A stretch of 64,000 bases of DNA from an uncultured Dehalococcoidia bacterium (GCA_964371095.1 CAYJMJ010000009.1:3156-67155); one strand, 5' to 3'. Shown: positions 47,571-58,135, counted from the first letter of the stretch. Notes: a model not told the origin generated them from the letters alone. Numbers and translations are program-made.

Positions 47571-48632
47571 ATGACCTGGACCATCGTCGGCCAAGAAAAG
47601 GTGGTGGACGCCCTTACCGGCGCCGTGAAGCACGGGCGGCTGGCCCACGCGTACCTCTTCGCCGGACCGGCGCACGTAGGCAAGACGATGGCCGCGCTGC
47701 AGTTCGCCCAGCTCCTCAACTGCACCGGCACGGAGCCGCCGTGCGGCCGTTGCCGCTCGTGCGAGCGCATCGCCGGCGGCGGCCACGCCGACGTCGAGAT
47801 CGTGTCCGTCGGCGGTCTGTGCAGGGAATCTCAGCACGACCACGCGAAAGACAGCTCGCGCGACATCCGCATCTGCCAGGTACGGAGGATCGAGGACGTC
47901 GTCAGCCGCGCCCCGTACGAGGGCAGGTGCCGCGTGATCATCATCGAGCCGGCCGACGCGATGAACGAGACGACGCAGAACGCGCTGCTCAAGACGCTCG
48001 AGGAGCCGCCCGACGGCGTCGTGTTCATCCTCGTCACCGACCGCGAGGAGATGCTGCGGCCGACGATCCGGTCGCGCGTCCGGCGTATCGCGTTCACGGG
48101 GCTGCGGAAGGACGCGATCGAGCGGGCGCTCCGGACGCGCTGGGACGTCGACCCAGAGCGCGCGGCGCAGCTGGCGCGCCTCTCGCGGGGGCGTCTCGGC
48201 TGGGCGGTGCTCGCCCTGAACGACGAGCGCGTGGTGGAGCAGCGGCGGTCGGCACTGGACGCCGCGCAGGAGATGGCGTCGGCGCCGCTCAACGAGCGGT
48301 TCGCGTTCGCGGGCGAGCTGGGCGGCCGGTACACGCGCGACCGGGCGGCCGTGCAGGCGGTGCTGGAAGCGTGGGAGGAGTGGTGGCGCGACATCCTCCT
48401 GATCGCCGCCGGGCGGGAGAAACAGGCCGTCCACCGCGAGCGATTGGACAGCCTGCGACCGCTCGCGGCACAATGCGACGTACCGGCCGCGGTACGGGCG
48501 TTGCGCGCCATCGGCGATGCGCGCCGGCAGCTGGTGGACAACGCGAGCCCGGCGCTGGCCCTGGAAGTGATGATGCTGGCGCTCCCGGAGCTGCGAACCA
48601 ACCCGGTGGCCGCTCGCCTCGCCGGACGGTGA
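47571..48632 (+). CDS. holB: DNA polymerase III subunit delta'
   Basis: ...HAYLFAGPAHVGKTMAALQFAQLLNCTGTEPPCGRCRSCERI..., the AAA+ clamp-loader with zinc module. Confidence 0.85.
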   Translation: MTWTIVGQEKVVDALTGAVKHGRLAHAYLFAGPAHVGKTMAALQFAQLLNCTGTEPPCGRCRSCERIAGGGHADVEIVSVGGLCRESQHDHAKDSSRDIRICQVRRIEDVVSRAPYEGRCRVIIIEPADAMNETTQNALLKTLEEPPDGVVFILVTDREEMLRPTIRSRVRRIAFTGLRKDAIERALRTRWDVDPERAAQLARLSRGRLGWAVLALNDERVVEQRRSALDAAQEMASAPLNERFAFAGELGGRYTRDRAAVQAVLEAWEEWWRDILLIAAGREKQAVHRERLDSLRPLAAQCDVPAAVRALRAIGDARRQLVDNASPALALEVMMLALPELRTNPVAARLAGR

Positions 48633-48665
48633 CGAACGACACGGTCCGGGAGGGCCTGACCTGAT

Positions 48666-49754
48666 ATGAGCGACCATCAGCGCGTGCCGGTCGGCGTGCG
48701 ATTCAAAGAAGCAGGCAAGGTCTACTACTTCGACGCCGGCGAGTACGACGTCGACGTCGGCAGCTACGTCCTCGTCGAGACGTCCCACGGGCAGGAGATC
48801 GGCCGCGTCGTCATCGCCCCCGACCAGGTGGTGGCGAGCGAGATCAAGGAATCGCTCAAGGCGATCATCCGCGTCGCCACGCCGGAGGACCTCGATCAGT
48901 GGCACCACCTCAAGGAGCGCGCGGCCGCCGAGCTGCGCGAGGCGAAGCACGCCGTCGCGGACTCCGGCATCGACCTGCAGATCGTGTCGGGCGAGTACAA
49001 CCTCGAGGGCACGCAGATCACCTTTTACTACACCGCTGCCGACCGCGCGGACTTCCGCCCGCTCGTGCGTGACCTCTCGACGCGCTTCGGCACCCGGGTG
49101 CAGATGCTGCAGGTCGGCGAGCGTGACCGCGCGAAGCTGATCGACGGCTACGACGTCTGCGGCCAGCGGCTCTGCTGCGCGTCGTGGCAGACGTCGTTTC
49201 CCTCCGTCTCGATCAAGATGGCGAAAGAGCAGGACCTGCCGCTGAACCCTCAGAAGATCTCCGGCGTGTGCGGCCGGCTGTACTGTTGCCTGACGTTCGA
49301 GCACGAGGGCTACCGCGAGCTGCGCGGTCAGATGCCGAAGGTCGGCAGCATGGTCTCGACGCCCGCCGGCGAAGCGAAGGTCAACAGCGTCAACGTCCTG
49401 CGCAAGACCGTGCGCCTGTGGCTCACCGAGCAACACCAGATCCTCGAGATGCCCGTCGCCGACCTGCAGCTGCAGTACGGCGTGACCGTGCGGCCGGTGG
49501 AGCTGGTGCGCGAGATAGAGGCGCCGCTGAGGCAGCCGGCGCCGGTCGAAGTGCCCGGCGCGCCCGCCGCCGGGGAGGCCGAGCGCATCGAAGCCGGCCC
49601 CGCGGCCGTTGAGGGTGCGCCCGGCGACGGCGCGGCGAAACGCCGGCGGCGCGGCCGGCGAGGCGGCCGCCAGCGTCGCCGCGGCGGCGAGGCGGGGGCA
49701 CCGCCGTCGTCTCCCCAAGCGCCCCCCGGCCCGCCCGCCGGCCCATCCGCCTAG
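48666..49754 (+). CDS. ricT: PSP1-domain protein (RicT/YaaT-like regulator)
   Basis: MSDHQRVPVGVRFKEAGKVYYFDAG...YVLVETSHGQEIGRVV...CGRLYCCLTFEHEGY..., PSP1 C-terminal domain. Conserved holB-adjacent position. Low-complexity Gly/Arg/Pro tail. Confidence 0.85.
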   Translation: MSDHQRVPVGVRFKEAGKVYYFDAGEYDVDVGSYVLVETSHGQEIGRVVIAPDQVVASEIKESLKAIIRVATPEDLDQWHHLKERAAAELREAKHAVADSGIDLQIVSGEYNLEGTQITFYYTAADRADFRPLVRDLSTRFGTRVQMLQVGERDRAKLIDGYDVCGQRLCCASWQTSFPSVSIKMAKEQDLPLNPQKISGVCGRLYCCLTFEHEGYRELRGQMPKVGSMVSTPAGEAKVNSVNVLRKTVRLWLTEQHQILEMPVADLQLQYGVTVRPVELVREIEAPLRQPAPVEVPGAPAAGEAERIEAGPAAVEGAPGDGAAKRRRRGRRGGRQRRRGGEAGAPPSSPQAPPGPPAGPSA

Positions 49755-49866
49755 CGCACGCGCGCCCTGCGCGACAGACCAGACCCCGGCCGGGACGGTG
49801 CCGCACATCGGCGACCGCTTCCGGCCGACCTGCTCTCTGCTCTGTGTCGTCTGTTCTCGCGGCGCG

Positions 49867-50532
49867 CTAGCGCCGCGCCAGCGCCAGCCGCACGCCCATG
49901 CCGACGAGGACCGCGCCCGTAGCGCGCTCCATCCACGCCCGCACGGCGGGCCGCCGGAGGAGACCGCCCAACCGGTCGAGCAACAGGACCCACACCGTCA
50001 GCCACGCGGCAGCCATCAGCGCGAACGTGGCGCCGTGCGCGAGCATGCTCGCCTGCGGCATGTGCGCGGGATCGACGAATTGCGGCAGGAACGTGAGGAA
50101 GAACACCGCCAGCTTCGGGTTGAGCGCCGCGGACAGCGCGCCCTGCAACATCGGCGACGACGTCGCGGCGACGAGGCGCGGCGAGGATTCGCCGAACAAC
50201 TCGGCCTCGGCGTTCATCGCGTCCCCACCTGAAGCGCGGCCCGAGCCGAACAGCGTCCGCGCGCCGAGTACGAGCAGGTAGGCCGCCCCGGCGAGCTTTA
50301 CCGCCGAGAACGCGACCGCCGAGCCGGTGAGTATCGCCGAGAGCCCGGCGACCGCCGCCACGACGTGCACGCTGAGGCCGATCAGCGCTCCGCCGGCTGT
50401 CTTCAGCCCGGACGCCCGCCCGCGCGCGATCGTGTTGCGAGCCACGAGCGTCATGTCCGGCCCCGGCGCCAGGATCAGCAGGATCGATGCGCCGACGAAG
50501 TAATACGGTGACGGTCCGATGAGCGCGTGCAC
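49867..50532 (-). CDS. LysE/RhtB-family amino-acid exporter
   Basis: ...ASILLILAPGPDMTLVARNTIARGRASGL..., six-TM LysE topology. Confidence 0.8.
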   Translation of the reverse strand: MHALIGPSPYYFVGASILLILAPGPDMTLVARNTIARGRASGLKTAGGALIGLSVHVVAAVAGLSAILTGSAVAFSAVKLAGAAYLLVLGARTLFGSGRASGGDAMNAEAELFGESSPRLVAATSSPMLQGALSAALNPKLAVFFLTFLPQFVDPAHMPQASMLAHGATFALMAAAWLTVWVLLLDRLGGLLRRPAVRAWMERATGAVLVGMGVRLALARR

Positions 50533-50562
50533 GGCGCATGATATCAGCGCCGTACGCGGCGA

Positions 50563-51405
50563 TCAGGCCAGCGCCTGCACCCCGGCGACGGCCAGAACGA
50601 CAATGCCCAGCGCCACCCGGTAATACACGAACGGGCGCAGCGAGTTCGTCGTGAGGAAGGCGAGCAGGAAGCGGATGCTCAGCCAGCCGACGATCGCCGC
50701 GCACACGAAGCCCGTCACGAAGAAGACGAAGTCGTCGCCGCCGAGCGTGCCGTCGGCGAACTCACCCACGACCGTGTACAGCTGCTTGAGGCCCGCTCCG
50801 GCGATCACCGGCGCGGACAGCAGGAACGCGAACGTCGCGGCCTCCTTGCGATCCATGTCGCGAAACAGGCCGGCGCAGATCGTCGATCCGGAGCGCGAGA
50901 CGCCCGGCACCAGCGCGATCGCCTGCGCGAAGCCGATGATCGCGGCGTCGACCCACGTAAGCGCGCCCATCTCGCGGCGGCGCCGTCCGAGGGCCTCCGC
51001 GGCGAGAAAGACCGCGCTGAACGCGATCAGCATCGTGGCGACCAGCACGGGCGACCGGAACGCGTGCTCGATCGGCTTCTCGAGCAGCAGTCCGAGCACG
51101 GCGGCCGGAACGGTGCCGAGCACGATAAGCCAGGCCAGCCGACCCTCCGGATCACCGAACGAGCGCTCCCGCATCGTCCGCAGGCCGCCGAAGAAGAGCC
51201 GCACCCACGTCATGCCGAAGAAGACCAGCAGCGACAGCAGCGTGCCGAGGTGCAGCGCCGTGTCGAACGAGAGCCCGTAGCGGTCCTGCGAGACCCCCAG
51301 CGCTTTCTCGGCGATGATGAGATGGCCGGTCGAGGAGACCGGCAGAAACTCGGTGAGGCCCTGCAGGATGCCGAGCACCGCCGCCTTGAGGACGTCTTCG
51401 ATCAT
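50563..51405 (-). CDS. uppP: Undecaprenyl-diphosphate phosphatase
   Basis: MIEDVLKAAVLGILQGLTEFLPVSSTGHLII... and ...PGVSRSGSTI..., BacA signature motifs. Confidence 0.9.
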   Translation of the reverse strand: MIEDVLKAAVLGILQGLTEFLPVSSTGHLIIAEKALGVSQDRYGLSFDTALHLGTLLSLLVFFGMTWVRLFFGGLRTMRERSFGDPEGRLAWLIVLGTVPAAVLGLLLEKPIEHAFRSPVLVATMLIAFSAVFLAAEALGRRRREMGALTWVDAAIIGFAQAIALVPGVSRSGSTICAGLFRDMDRKEAATFAFLLSAPVIAGAGLKQLYTVVGEFADGTLGGDDFVFFVTGFVCAAIVGWLSIRFLLAFLTTNSLRPFVYYRVALGIVVLAVAGVQALA

Positions 51406-51532
51406 CGGCGGAGACGGTTCGGCGGCAACGACGATTGCGTGTGCGTCACCAGCGCACTCTACGGAGCGACGGAGGTGCGGGCAACCGCCTCACCCGCCAT
51501 CGATATAGGCACGCCGTGCGAATTGAAGGATG

Positions 51533-52477
51533 TTAACGTGTGCGCGGGTCCAGCGCATCGCGCAGCCCGTCGCCGATGAATGTGAAGCAAAGCATGAGCA
51601 CGGCCACGGCGCCGGCCGGGAACACCACGTTCCAGACGTTGCGCTGGATCGTCGAATAGCCAGACGACACCAGCAGGCCAAGGCTGGCAGCTGGCGGCGG
51701 TATGCCGAGTCCGATGAACCCCAGCGCGGCCTCCGCGAAGATGGCGAACGGGATGCCGAACGTCGCCGCCACGATCACGGGGCCGAGCGTGTTCGGCAGC
51801 ATGTGCTGCAGGACGATGCGCGATCGCGTGGCGCCGAGTGCGCGCGCGGCGATCACGTAGTCGCGCTCGGCGAGCGAAAGCATCTGGCCGCGGACGAGAC
51901 GGGCGATGGTCGTCCAGCTTACGAACGCGATTGCGGCGATCACCATCATCTTGGGATTCGTGAGCACTGGGATGTCTCGCCCGGCGAGCACGGACCGCAC
52001 GAGAATAATCGCGAGCAGGTCAGGGAACGCGTACGTGACGTCGGTGAACCGCATGAGGGCGTTGTCCGACAGCTTGCCCCCGAGCGCGGCGGACGCGCCG
52101 ACGCTGAGGCCGATGAACAACACGATCGCCTGCGTCCCCAGACCAATCTGGAGAGAAATGCGGATGCCCTCGAGCGTGCGAGCGAACGTATCACGGCCGA
52201 GCTGGTCCGTGCCGAACCAGTGATCCATCGTCGGGCCGGACTGATTCGCCCCGGGAGTGTAATCGCGATCGTCGGCGCCGTATCGGCCGGTGGGGCCAAG
52301 GTACGCGCCGACGAAGCCGAGCAGCACGATCGTTATCAGCATGACCATGGCGGCGACCGCCAGCCTGTTCTTGACGAGGCGCCGCCAGGCGTCCGACCAG
52401 AGGCCGCGCTGGCGGCCGGGCAAGATTCCGCCGCCATAGTGGCCTTCGGTGGACTGTAGTGTCGCCCTTGCTGACAT
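51533..52477 (-). CDS. Peptide/nickel ABC transporter permease (DppC/OppC-like)
   Basis: Binding-protein-dependent transport EAA region ...SLAERDYVIAARALGATRSRIVLQHMLPN... Confidence 0.85.
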   Translation of the reverse strand: MSARATLQSTEGHYGGGILPGRQRGLWSDAWRRLVKNRLAVAAMVMLITIVLLGFVGAYLGPTGRYGADDRDYTPGANQSGPTMDHWFGTDQLGRDTFARTLEGIRISLQIGLGTQAIVLFIGLSVGASAALGGKLSDNALMRFTDVTYAFPDLLAIILVRSVLAGRDIPVLTNPKMMVIAAIAFVSWTTIARLVRGQMLSLAERDYVIAARALGATRSRIVLQHMLPNTLGPVIVAATFGIPFAIFAEAALGFIGLGIPPPAASLGLLVSSGYSTIQRNVWNVVFPAGAVAVLMLCFTFIGDGLRDALDPRTR

Positions 52478-53433
52478 TAGCTGTACCGAATCCTCGGGTC
52501 GACGACCGCGTACGCCAGATCGATGAACAGATTCGCCAACGTGACGATGAGCGTATAGAACAGCGTGGTACCCATGATCGTCGCGTAGTCGCGGCGCACG
52601 ACAGCGGCGATCGACTCACGTCCAAGTCCCGGGATGTTGAACATCGTCTCGACGATGAATGAACCGGTGACGAGCGCCGCGGCGATCGGCCCGATCACCG
52701 TGAGCACGGGTATCATCGCGTTCTTGATCGTGTGGTGGAAGACGACGGAGCTCTCGCGCAGTCCCTTGGCGCGGGCAGTGCGGATGTAGTCCTGGTGCAT
52801 CACCTCCAGCACGCTCGAGCGAGTGATGCGCGCGATGTACGACGCGGGCAGCGCGCCCACGGAGACCACGGGCAACACGATGCGACGCCAGTCGTACGCG
52901 GCGGGATCGAATACGTCGCGGAGGTGCAGTGGTCCGCCCCAGCCGATCGTCCCGAAGATGCCGAACTGAATCGCGAAGATGACGACGAGGAATGAGCCGA
53001 GGATGAAGTTCGGCACGCTCGCGAACACCGTGGCGAAGACCACGCCAAGGTAGTCGAGCGGCCCGTTATGATTCAGCGCCGACATGATACCCAGCGAAAG
53101 CCCGACGACCGTCGCGAGGAGCAGCGCGAGCGTGCCGAGCTGGGCCGTCACGAAGAAGTTGTCCTTGATGATCGTGGAGACGTCGCGGTCGTTCTGGAAC
53201 GAGATGCCGAGGTCGCCGTGAGAGACATCCCACAGGTACAGGCCGTACTGCTTCAATAGCGGATCATCGAGGTGATACCTACGATTGATGGCCGCGTTGG
53301 CCGCGGCGGGCCTCGCCTTGTCTTCGGTAAAGGGGCCGCCCGGAACGGCGTGCATGAGCAGGAAGGTGATCGTGGCAACCGCCCACAGGATCGGCACGAC
53401 CCACAAGACGCGGCGAATCGTATATCCGGCCAT
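52477..53433 (-). CDS. Peptide/nickel ABC transporter permease (DppB/OppB-like)
   Basis: MAGYTIRRVLWVVPILWAVATITFLLMHAVPGGPF... and ...YIRTARAKGLRESSVVFHHTIKNA... Confidence 0.85.
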   Translation of the reverse strand: MAGYTIRRVLWVVPILWAVATITFLLMHAVPGGPFTEDKARPAAANAAINRRYHLDDPLLKQYGLYLWDVSHGDLGISFQNDRDVSTIIKDNFFVTAQLGTLALLLATVVGLSLGIMSALNHNGPLDYLGVVFATVFASVPNFILGSFLVVIFAIQFGIFGTIGWGGPLHLRDVFDPAAYDWRRIVLPVVSVGALPASYIARITRSSVLEVMHQDYIRTARAKGLRESSVVFHHTIKNAMIPVLTVIGPIAAALVTGSFIVETMFNIPGLGRESIAAVVRRDYATIMGTTLFYTLIVTLANLFIDLAYAVVDPRIRYS

Positions 53434-53509
53434 ATGTTTGCGGCGGCGGAGGCCGTTCTATCGACCTCCGCCGCCGGCGATCATTCCCGCTTCCGCGCGG
53501 CGCTCCGCG

Positions 53510-55252
53510 CTACTTCTTCACGAACCAGCACTCGACGCACCAGTTGCCCGCCGTGCCCGCGTCCAGCACGCCGTTCGGCGTCACGCCGCCGAGCTTGGAG
53601 CTGATGAGCCACGGTCGCGCGTTCTGGTAGATCGGCGCCGCTCCACAGAGCTTCGTCACCACCAGCTTTTCGACCTGCTGGTAGTTCTTGATACGAGTCG
53701 CGTCATCCGTGGCGCTTGAGGCCGCCTGGAATGCCGCATCGATCTCCGGGTCGGAGCATTCGTACATGTTGTTGCCGCCGCCGGTATCGAACAGGCCGAT
53801 CAGGAAGTTCTCCGTGTCGGGGTAGTCGCTCTGCCAGCCACCCGGGAGGAGCTGGAACTCCTTACTGTTGAAGCGAGCCGAGCGCGTCTTGCCGTCGACG
53901 AACTCGGGCGTCACCGTGACGTTCAAGTTGTCCTTCCACGCCTTGATGAGGAAGTCGGCGAGGTTGCGGTTCGTCGCCGTGTCAGTCAGGAGGATCTTCA
54001 TATCAGGGAAACCCTGCCCGTTCGGGTAACCGGCGTCGGACAGCGCCTTCTGAGCAGCCGCCTTGTCGAAGCCGATCACGTTGTCGAACGAATCGCCGCC
54101 CTGGAATCCAACGACGCCCTTCGCCACCCAGTACGTCGCCGGCGTGTACACGCCGTCGAAGACCACGTCGTTCAGCGTCTTGCGATCGACCGCCCGCGAG
54201 AGGGCAAGTCGCACCTCGAACTTGCTGAGCGCGGGGTCCTTCATCTGGATCTCGACAGCCGTGATGCGCGCGCTCGGTGACACGAGCAACTGGCTCTTCA
54301 ACGACGAGTCGCCCTCAGCCGTCTTCACGTCCGTGGGCGCAATCTGTGTCGACTGGATCTCTCCGGTCTGGAACCCGCGGTACGCGACCGTGAGGTCATC
54401 AATGAACCGGACGGTAAGTTCCTGGATGGTCGGCTTCTGTCCGGTCCAGTTCGGGTTCGGCACCAGCGTCGCGTGGTCCTTCGGAACGACTTCCTTGAGC
54501 GTATACGGACCGTTGACGACGATGTTGGCCGGCTCGATCCACTTGTCGCCGAACTTCGCCACGACGTCGCTGCGGCCCGGGAACGTCACCCAGAGCGACA
54601 TGAGGGTCTTGAAGTTCGGCACGACACGCCCGAGCTGCAGCACGAGCGTACTGTCATCGGGAGCCGTCGCGCCGATGGCAGCCGCGAGCTCCGCCTGCTT
54701 CGCCGTGTCCTCGTTCGTGTAGGACTCGTCGCAACCCTTCAGTTCGAGCAAGCCGGCACCCAGAATGTACTGGTACGGGCTGGCAACCACGGGGTCGCAC
54801 GCTTGCTGCAGACCGAACACGAAGTCCTTGGCCGTAACGGGCTGCCCGTCGGACCACTTGTTGCCCGCCTTGATCTTGACCGTATACGTCGTGCCGGAAA
54901 TCTGCGGGTCGCCGTCGGCCATCGCGGCGACGACCTTGACGCCGCCTTTGCCGTCGTCCTCGAGGTTGTAGAGACCTCGGAACATTATCCGCTGTATGCC
55001 GATGTCCTGCTCAAAGTTCGACCGGTGCGGGTCGTAGTACAACGGTTCCGCACCGAGGTTGACGGTGATCTTCTGCTGGTCGGCCGGCGCCTTGTCGCCG
55101 CCGGTCGTCGCGGCCGGGGTCTTGCCCCCGCCTGCGCCCGCGGTCGCCGTCTTGTCGCTACTGCTCGTTCCACCGCCGCACGCCACAGCCAGCACGAGCG
55201 TGGCCGAGATCAGCGCGGTGAACAGCAGAAACCTGCGGTTTCTTACGTTCAT
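53510..55252 (-). CDS. ABC transporter substrate-binding lipoprotein, family 5 (peptide/nickel)
   Basis: MNVRNRRFLLFTALISATLVLAVACGGG lipobox; 580 aa; SBP_bac_5-type composition. Confidence 0.85.
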   Translation of the reverse strand: MNVRNRRFLLFTALISATLVLAVACGGGTSSSDKTATAGAGGGKTPAATTGGDKAPADQQKITVNLGAEPLYYDPHRSNFEQDIGIQRIMFRGLYNLEDDGKGGVKVVAAMADGDPQISGTTYTVKIKAGNKWSDGQPVTAKDFVFGLQQACDPVVASPYQYILGAGLLELKGCDESYTNEDTAKQAELAAAIGATAPDDSTLVLQLGRVVPNFKTLMSLWVTFPGRSDVVAKFGDKWIEPANIVVNGPYTLKEVVPKDHATLVPNPNWTGQKPTIQELTVRFIDDLTVAYRGFQTGEIQSTQIAPTDVKTAEGDSSLKSQLLVSPSARITAVEIQMKDPALSKFEVRLALSRAVDRKTLNDVVFDGVYTPATYWVAKGVVGFQGGDSFDNVIGFDKAAAQKALSDAGYPNGQGFPDMKILLTDTATNRNLADFLIKAWKDNLNVTVTPEFVDGKTRSARFNSKEFQLLPGGWQSDYPDTENFLIGLFDTGGGNNMYECSDPEIDAAFQAASSATDDATRIKNYQQVEKLVVTKLCGAAPIYQNARPWLISSKLGGVTPNGVLDAGTAGNWCVECWFVKK

Positions 55253-55441
55253 TCTCCCTCCTCCGAATCAAGGGCACTCCGGCCCTCCGTAACCGAGATG
55301 GGCCCGCGGGCCCGGAACGGCGGGTTTCGCTCTCGGCACACCTCCTTCATCGGCTATCGCCCAGGAATGATTCGCATTCAATGGCGATCGTATCAGCGAT
55401 GTCAATATGCGGCAACGCACACGCGCCCCGGCCGGTGCGGG

Positions 55442-55495
55442 AATCGCAGCAGGAAACCTGCTGCCCCGCCGGACGGGGCTGTCGCGGCTGCGATT
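55442..55495. other. Compact multi-stem structure: AATCGC...GCGATT closing stem around hairpins CAGCAGG-AAA-CCTGCTG and CCCCG-CCGGA-CGGGG
   Basis: Read directly from sequence. Lies about 200 nt upstream of ccr and about 190 nt upstream of the divergent SBP gene. Confidence 0.3.
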
Positions 55496-55518
55496 TCGTC
55501 CGGTACGGCAGCAGTCAA

Positions 55519-55564
55519 ATCACGTGATCGAATTAGCGGACGGTCGCGAATATTCTCCGTCCCA
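55519..55564. promoter_or_regulatory. Two perfect palindromes, ATCACGTGAT (55519-55528) and GAATATTC (55557-55564), in a relatively AT-rich patch upstream of ccr
   Basis: Perfect 10-bp and 8-bp inverted repeats 30 nt apart, 130-170 nt upstream of the ccr ATG. Candidate operator sites. Confidence 0.3.
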
Positions 55565-55690
55565 TGGCTCCTGCGCGTCCCGCGGGCAGCCGCTATGCTC
55601 TAGCATCATCGGCCGGGCGGAGTGTATCCGCAGATGCGAACAGGCCCCGCGACACACATGTCGCGCCACGGGCAGCGGCGGAGGAGCGAG

Positions 55691-56941
55691 ATGACGACGG
55701 ACACGAAGGACCTGTACGAACTCGGCACAGCACCGCCGCTCGGCCACGTGCCGGCGAAGATGCACGCGATGACGATCCGCCGCGAGCGCTTCGGCCCGCC
55801 GAAGGGCGCCTTCAAGCAAGAGGTCGTCCCGACGCCTGCCATCGGCCCGCGCGAGGTGCTCGTGTACGTGATGGCGGCCGGCATCAACTTCAACAACGTC
55901 TGGGCCGCGCTCGGCGTCCCCGTCGACGTGATCAAGGTGCACGCGCAGCAGGGCGATGACAGCGGCTTTCACATCGGTGGCAGCGACGGCTCCGGCATCG
56001 TCTACGCCATCGGCGACGAAGTGACCAACGTCAAGGTCGGCGACGAGGTCGTGATCCACTGCGGCGCCTGGGACCCCGCGGCGCCGGACGTGAAGGCCGT
56101 GGACGATCCGATGTTTGCGCCGTCGTTCCAGATCTGGGGGTACGAGACGAACTGGGGCAGTTTCGCCCAGTTCACGAAGGCGTGGGCGCACCAGGTGATG
56201 CCGAAGGCGAAGCACCTGTCGTGGGAGGCTGCCGCCGCGCCGACGCTCGTCGGATCGACGGCGTACCGCATGCTCACGAACTGGGCGCCGCACAACGTGC
56301 GCCCCAACGACGTGGTGCTCGTGTGGGGCGGCGCCGGCGGCCTCGGCTCCATGGCGATCCAGCTCGTGCGCGCGTTCGGCGGCATCCCGATCGCGGTCGT
56401 GTCGAACGACGAGAAGGGCGAGTACTGCAAGAAGCTCGGCGCGGCCGGATACGTCAACCGCAAGCAGTTCAGCCACTGGGGCCGCATGCCCGACTGGACC
56501 GACGACGAGAAGTACGGCGAGTGGGTGCGCGGCGCGCGCGCCTTCGGCAAGGCCGTCTGGGAGGCGCTCGGCGAGCGGCGCAATCCGCGCATCATCTTCG
56601 AGCACCCCGGCCAGGACACCATACCGACGTCGGTCTTCCTCGCCGACAACGGCGGCATGGTCGTGATCTGCGCTGGCACGAGCGGCTACAACGCCGACGT
56701 CGACCTGCGCTACCTCTGGATGCGGCAGAAGCGCCTGCAGGGCTCGCACTTTGCCAACGACGAGCAGGCCAACGCCTTCAACCAGCTCGTCATCGACAAG
56801 AAGATCGACCCCTGCCTGTCGCGGGTGTTCCCGTTCGACGGCGTCGGCGAATGCCACCAGCTCATGCACGACGGCAAGAACCCGGACGGCAACATGGCCA
56901 TTCTCGTCGGCGCCCCGCGCGAGGGCATGACGACGCTGTAG
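55691..56941 (+). CDS. ccr: Crotonyl-CoA carboxylase/reductase
   Basis: [12 protein letters not shown]...[15 protein letters not shown]...[34 protein letters not shown]...[17 protein letters not shown], the diagnostic long-MDR Ccr sequence. RBS GGAGGAG before ATG 55691. Confidence 0.85.
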   Translation: MTTDTKDLYELGTAPPLGHVPAKMHAMTIRRERFGPPKGAFKQEVVPTPAIGPREVLVYVMAAGINFNNVWAALGVPVDVIKVHAQQGDDSGFHIGGSDGSGIVYAIGDEVTNVKVGDEVVIHCGAWDPAAPDVKAVDDPMFAPSFQIWGYETNWGSFAQFTKAWAHQVMPKAKHLSWEAAAAPTLVGSTAYRMLTNWAPHNVRPNDVVLVWGGAGGLGSMAIQLVRAFGGIPIAVVSNDEKGEYCKKLGAAGYVNRKQFSHWGRMPDWTDDEKYGEWVRGARAFGKAVWEALGERRNPRIIFEHPGQDTIPTSVFLADNGGMVVICAGTSGYNADVDLRYLWMRQKRLQGSHFANDEQANAFNQLVIDKKIDPCLSRVFPFDGVGECHQLMHDGKNPDGNMAILVGAPREGMTTL

Positions 56942-57106
56942 GCCGCCTGAGCAGGTCCGTTCCGTCCGTAGCGCGGGCTGTTCAGCCCGCGCCGTGCAGC
57001 TTCACTGCAACGCCTGCGTCGGCCGGCGATTGAGCCGGTCATCGAGGTTCTCAGCGTCCGCGTGATTGTCGGCGCAGGTTCGGACGCGTAGTATTGCGGC
57101 ACTGTC

Positions 57107-58057
57107 ATGACGAAATGCATCGTCATCCGTAACCCCGCATCTCGCCGCAGCCTGAGCGGCGCCCGCCTCGAGGCCGCGCTCGACGAGGCGCGCACGGCCG
57201 GCTGGCAGGTCGAGGTCGTCGAGACGGCGCACGAGGGCCACGCCACGCAGATCGCGCGCGATGCCGCCACCTCCGGCATCGACGTCATCATCGTCGACGG
57301 CGGCGACGGCACGATCAACGAGGTCGTCAATGGCATCGCTCACTCGACCGTGGCGCTCGCCGTGATCCGCGGCGGCACGGCGAACGTCTGGGCGGGCGAG
57401 ATCGGCACGAGCAACGACCCCGCGCAGGCGGTACGCGACATCGTGCGCGGCGTGCGGCGGCGCATCGATCTCGGCCGCGTCGATGCGCGCTACTTCCTGC
57501 TCATGGCCGGCATCGGCCTGGACGCCGAGATCGTGCCCCGCGTCCCACCGCGCGCGAAACGCTGGACCGGCCGCGTCGCCTACGTCGCGGCGGGCATCGT
57601 CGCGGCGTTGCGCACGCGTCCGTGGTCCGTGCGAGTGCGCGTGGACGGCGAGCCGCGCGACACCTCGCTCTACTGGATGCTGATCGGAAACACGCGCTCG
57701 TACGGCGGCGTTGCACGCATCACCCACCGCGCTCTCGCCGACGACGGCTGGCTCGACGTCGCGCTGATGCGGCGCGGCGGGCCGTTCCACCTGCTCGTCG
57801 ACGGCGTCCGGCTGTTTCTCGGCCGGCACGACCGCTCGCCGAACATCGACTACCGGACCGCGAAGACGGTGGAGATACTGACGCCCGGGCTGCCGGTCCA
57901 GGTCGACGGTGAGCCGGCCGGCGAGACGCCGATGACCTTCGAGATCGCGCCGCTCGCGCTCGAGGTCATCGTGCCGGCGTCGCTGGCATCGCCGCTGTTC
58001 GGCACGCCGCCCGCGGCCGGTGCGAGCGCGCTCGGAAGCGGCACGCAGGGGCGCTGA
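57107..58057 (+). CDS. Diacylglycerol-kinase-family lipid kinase (YegS/BmrU-like)
   Basis: ...IDVIIVDGGDGTINEVVNG...LAVIRGGTANVWA..., DAGK catalytic-domain motifs. Confidence 0.85.
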   Translation: MTKCIVIRNPASRRSLSGARLEAALDEARTAGWQVEVVETAHEGHATQIARDAATSGIDVIIVDGGDGTINEVVNGIAHSTVALAVIRGGTANVWAGEIGTSNDPAQAVRDIVRGVRRRIDLGRVDARYFLLMAGIGLDAEIVPRVPPRAKRWTGRVAYVAAGIVAALRTRPWSVRVRVDGEPRDTSLYWMLIGNTRSYGGVARITHRALADDGWLDVALMRRGGPFHLLVDGVRLFLGRHDRSPNIDYRTAKTVEILTPGLPVQVDGEPAGETPMTFEIAPLALEVIVPASLASPLFGTPPAAGASALGSGTQGR

Positions 58058-58135
58058 TCGGCGAGCGCCGCGGGCGCGGCAAGACGGCCTCGCTTCCCTG
58101 CGGGGCCGCCCGTTGCAAGATCAGAACTCGGAGCG

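Noticed and set aside
55520-56869. 449-aa minus-strand ORF
   Set aside because: Antisense to the unmistakable crotonyl-CoA carboxylase/reductase gene.
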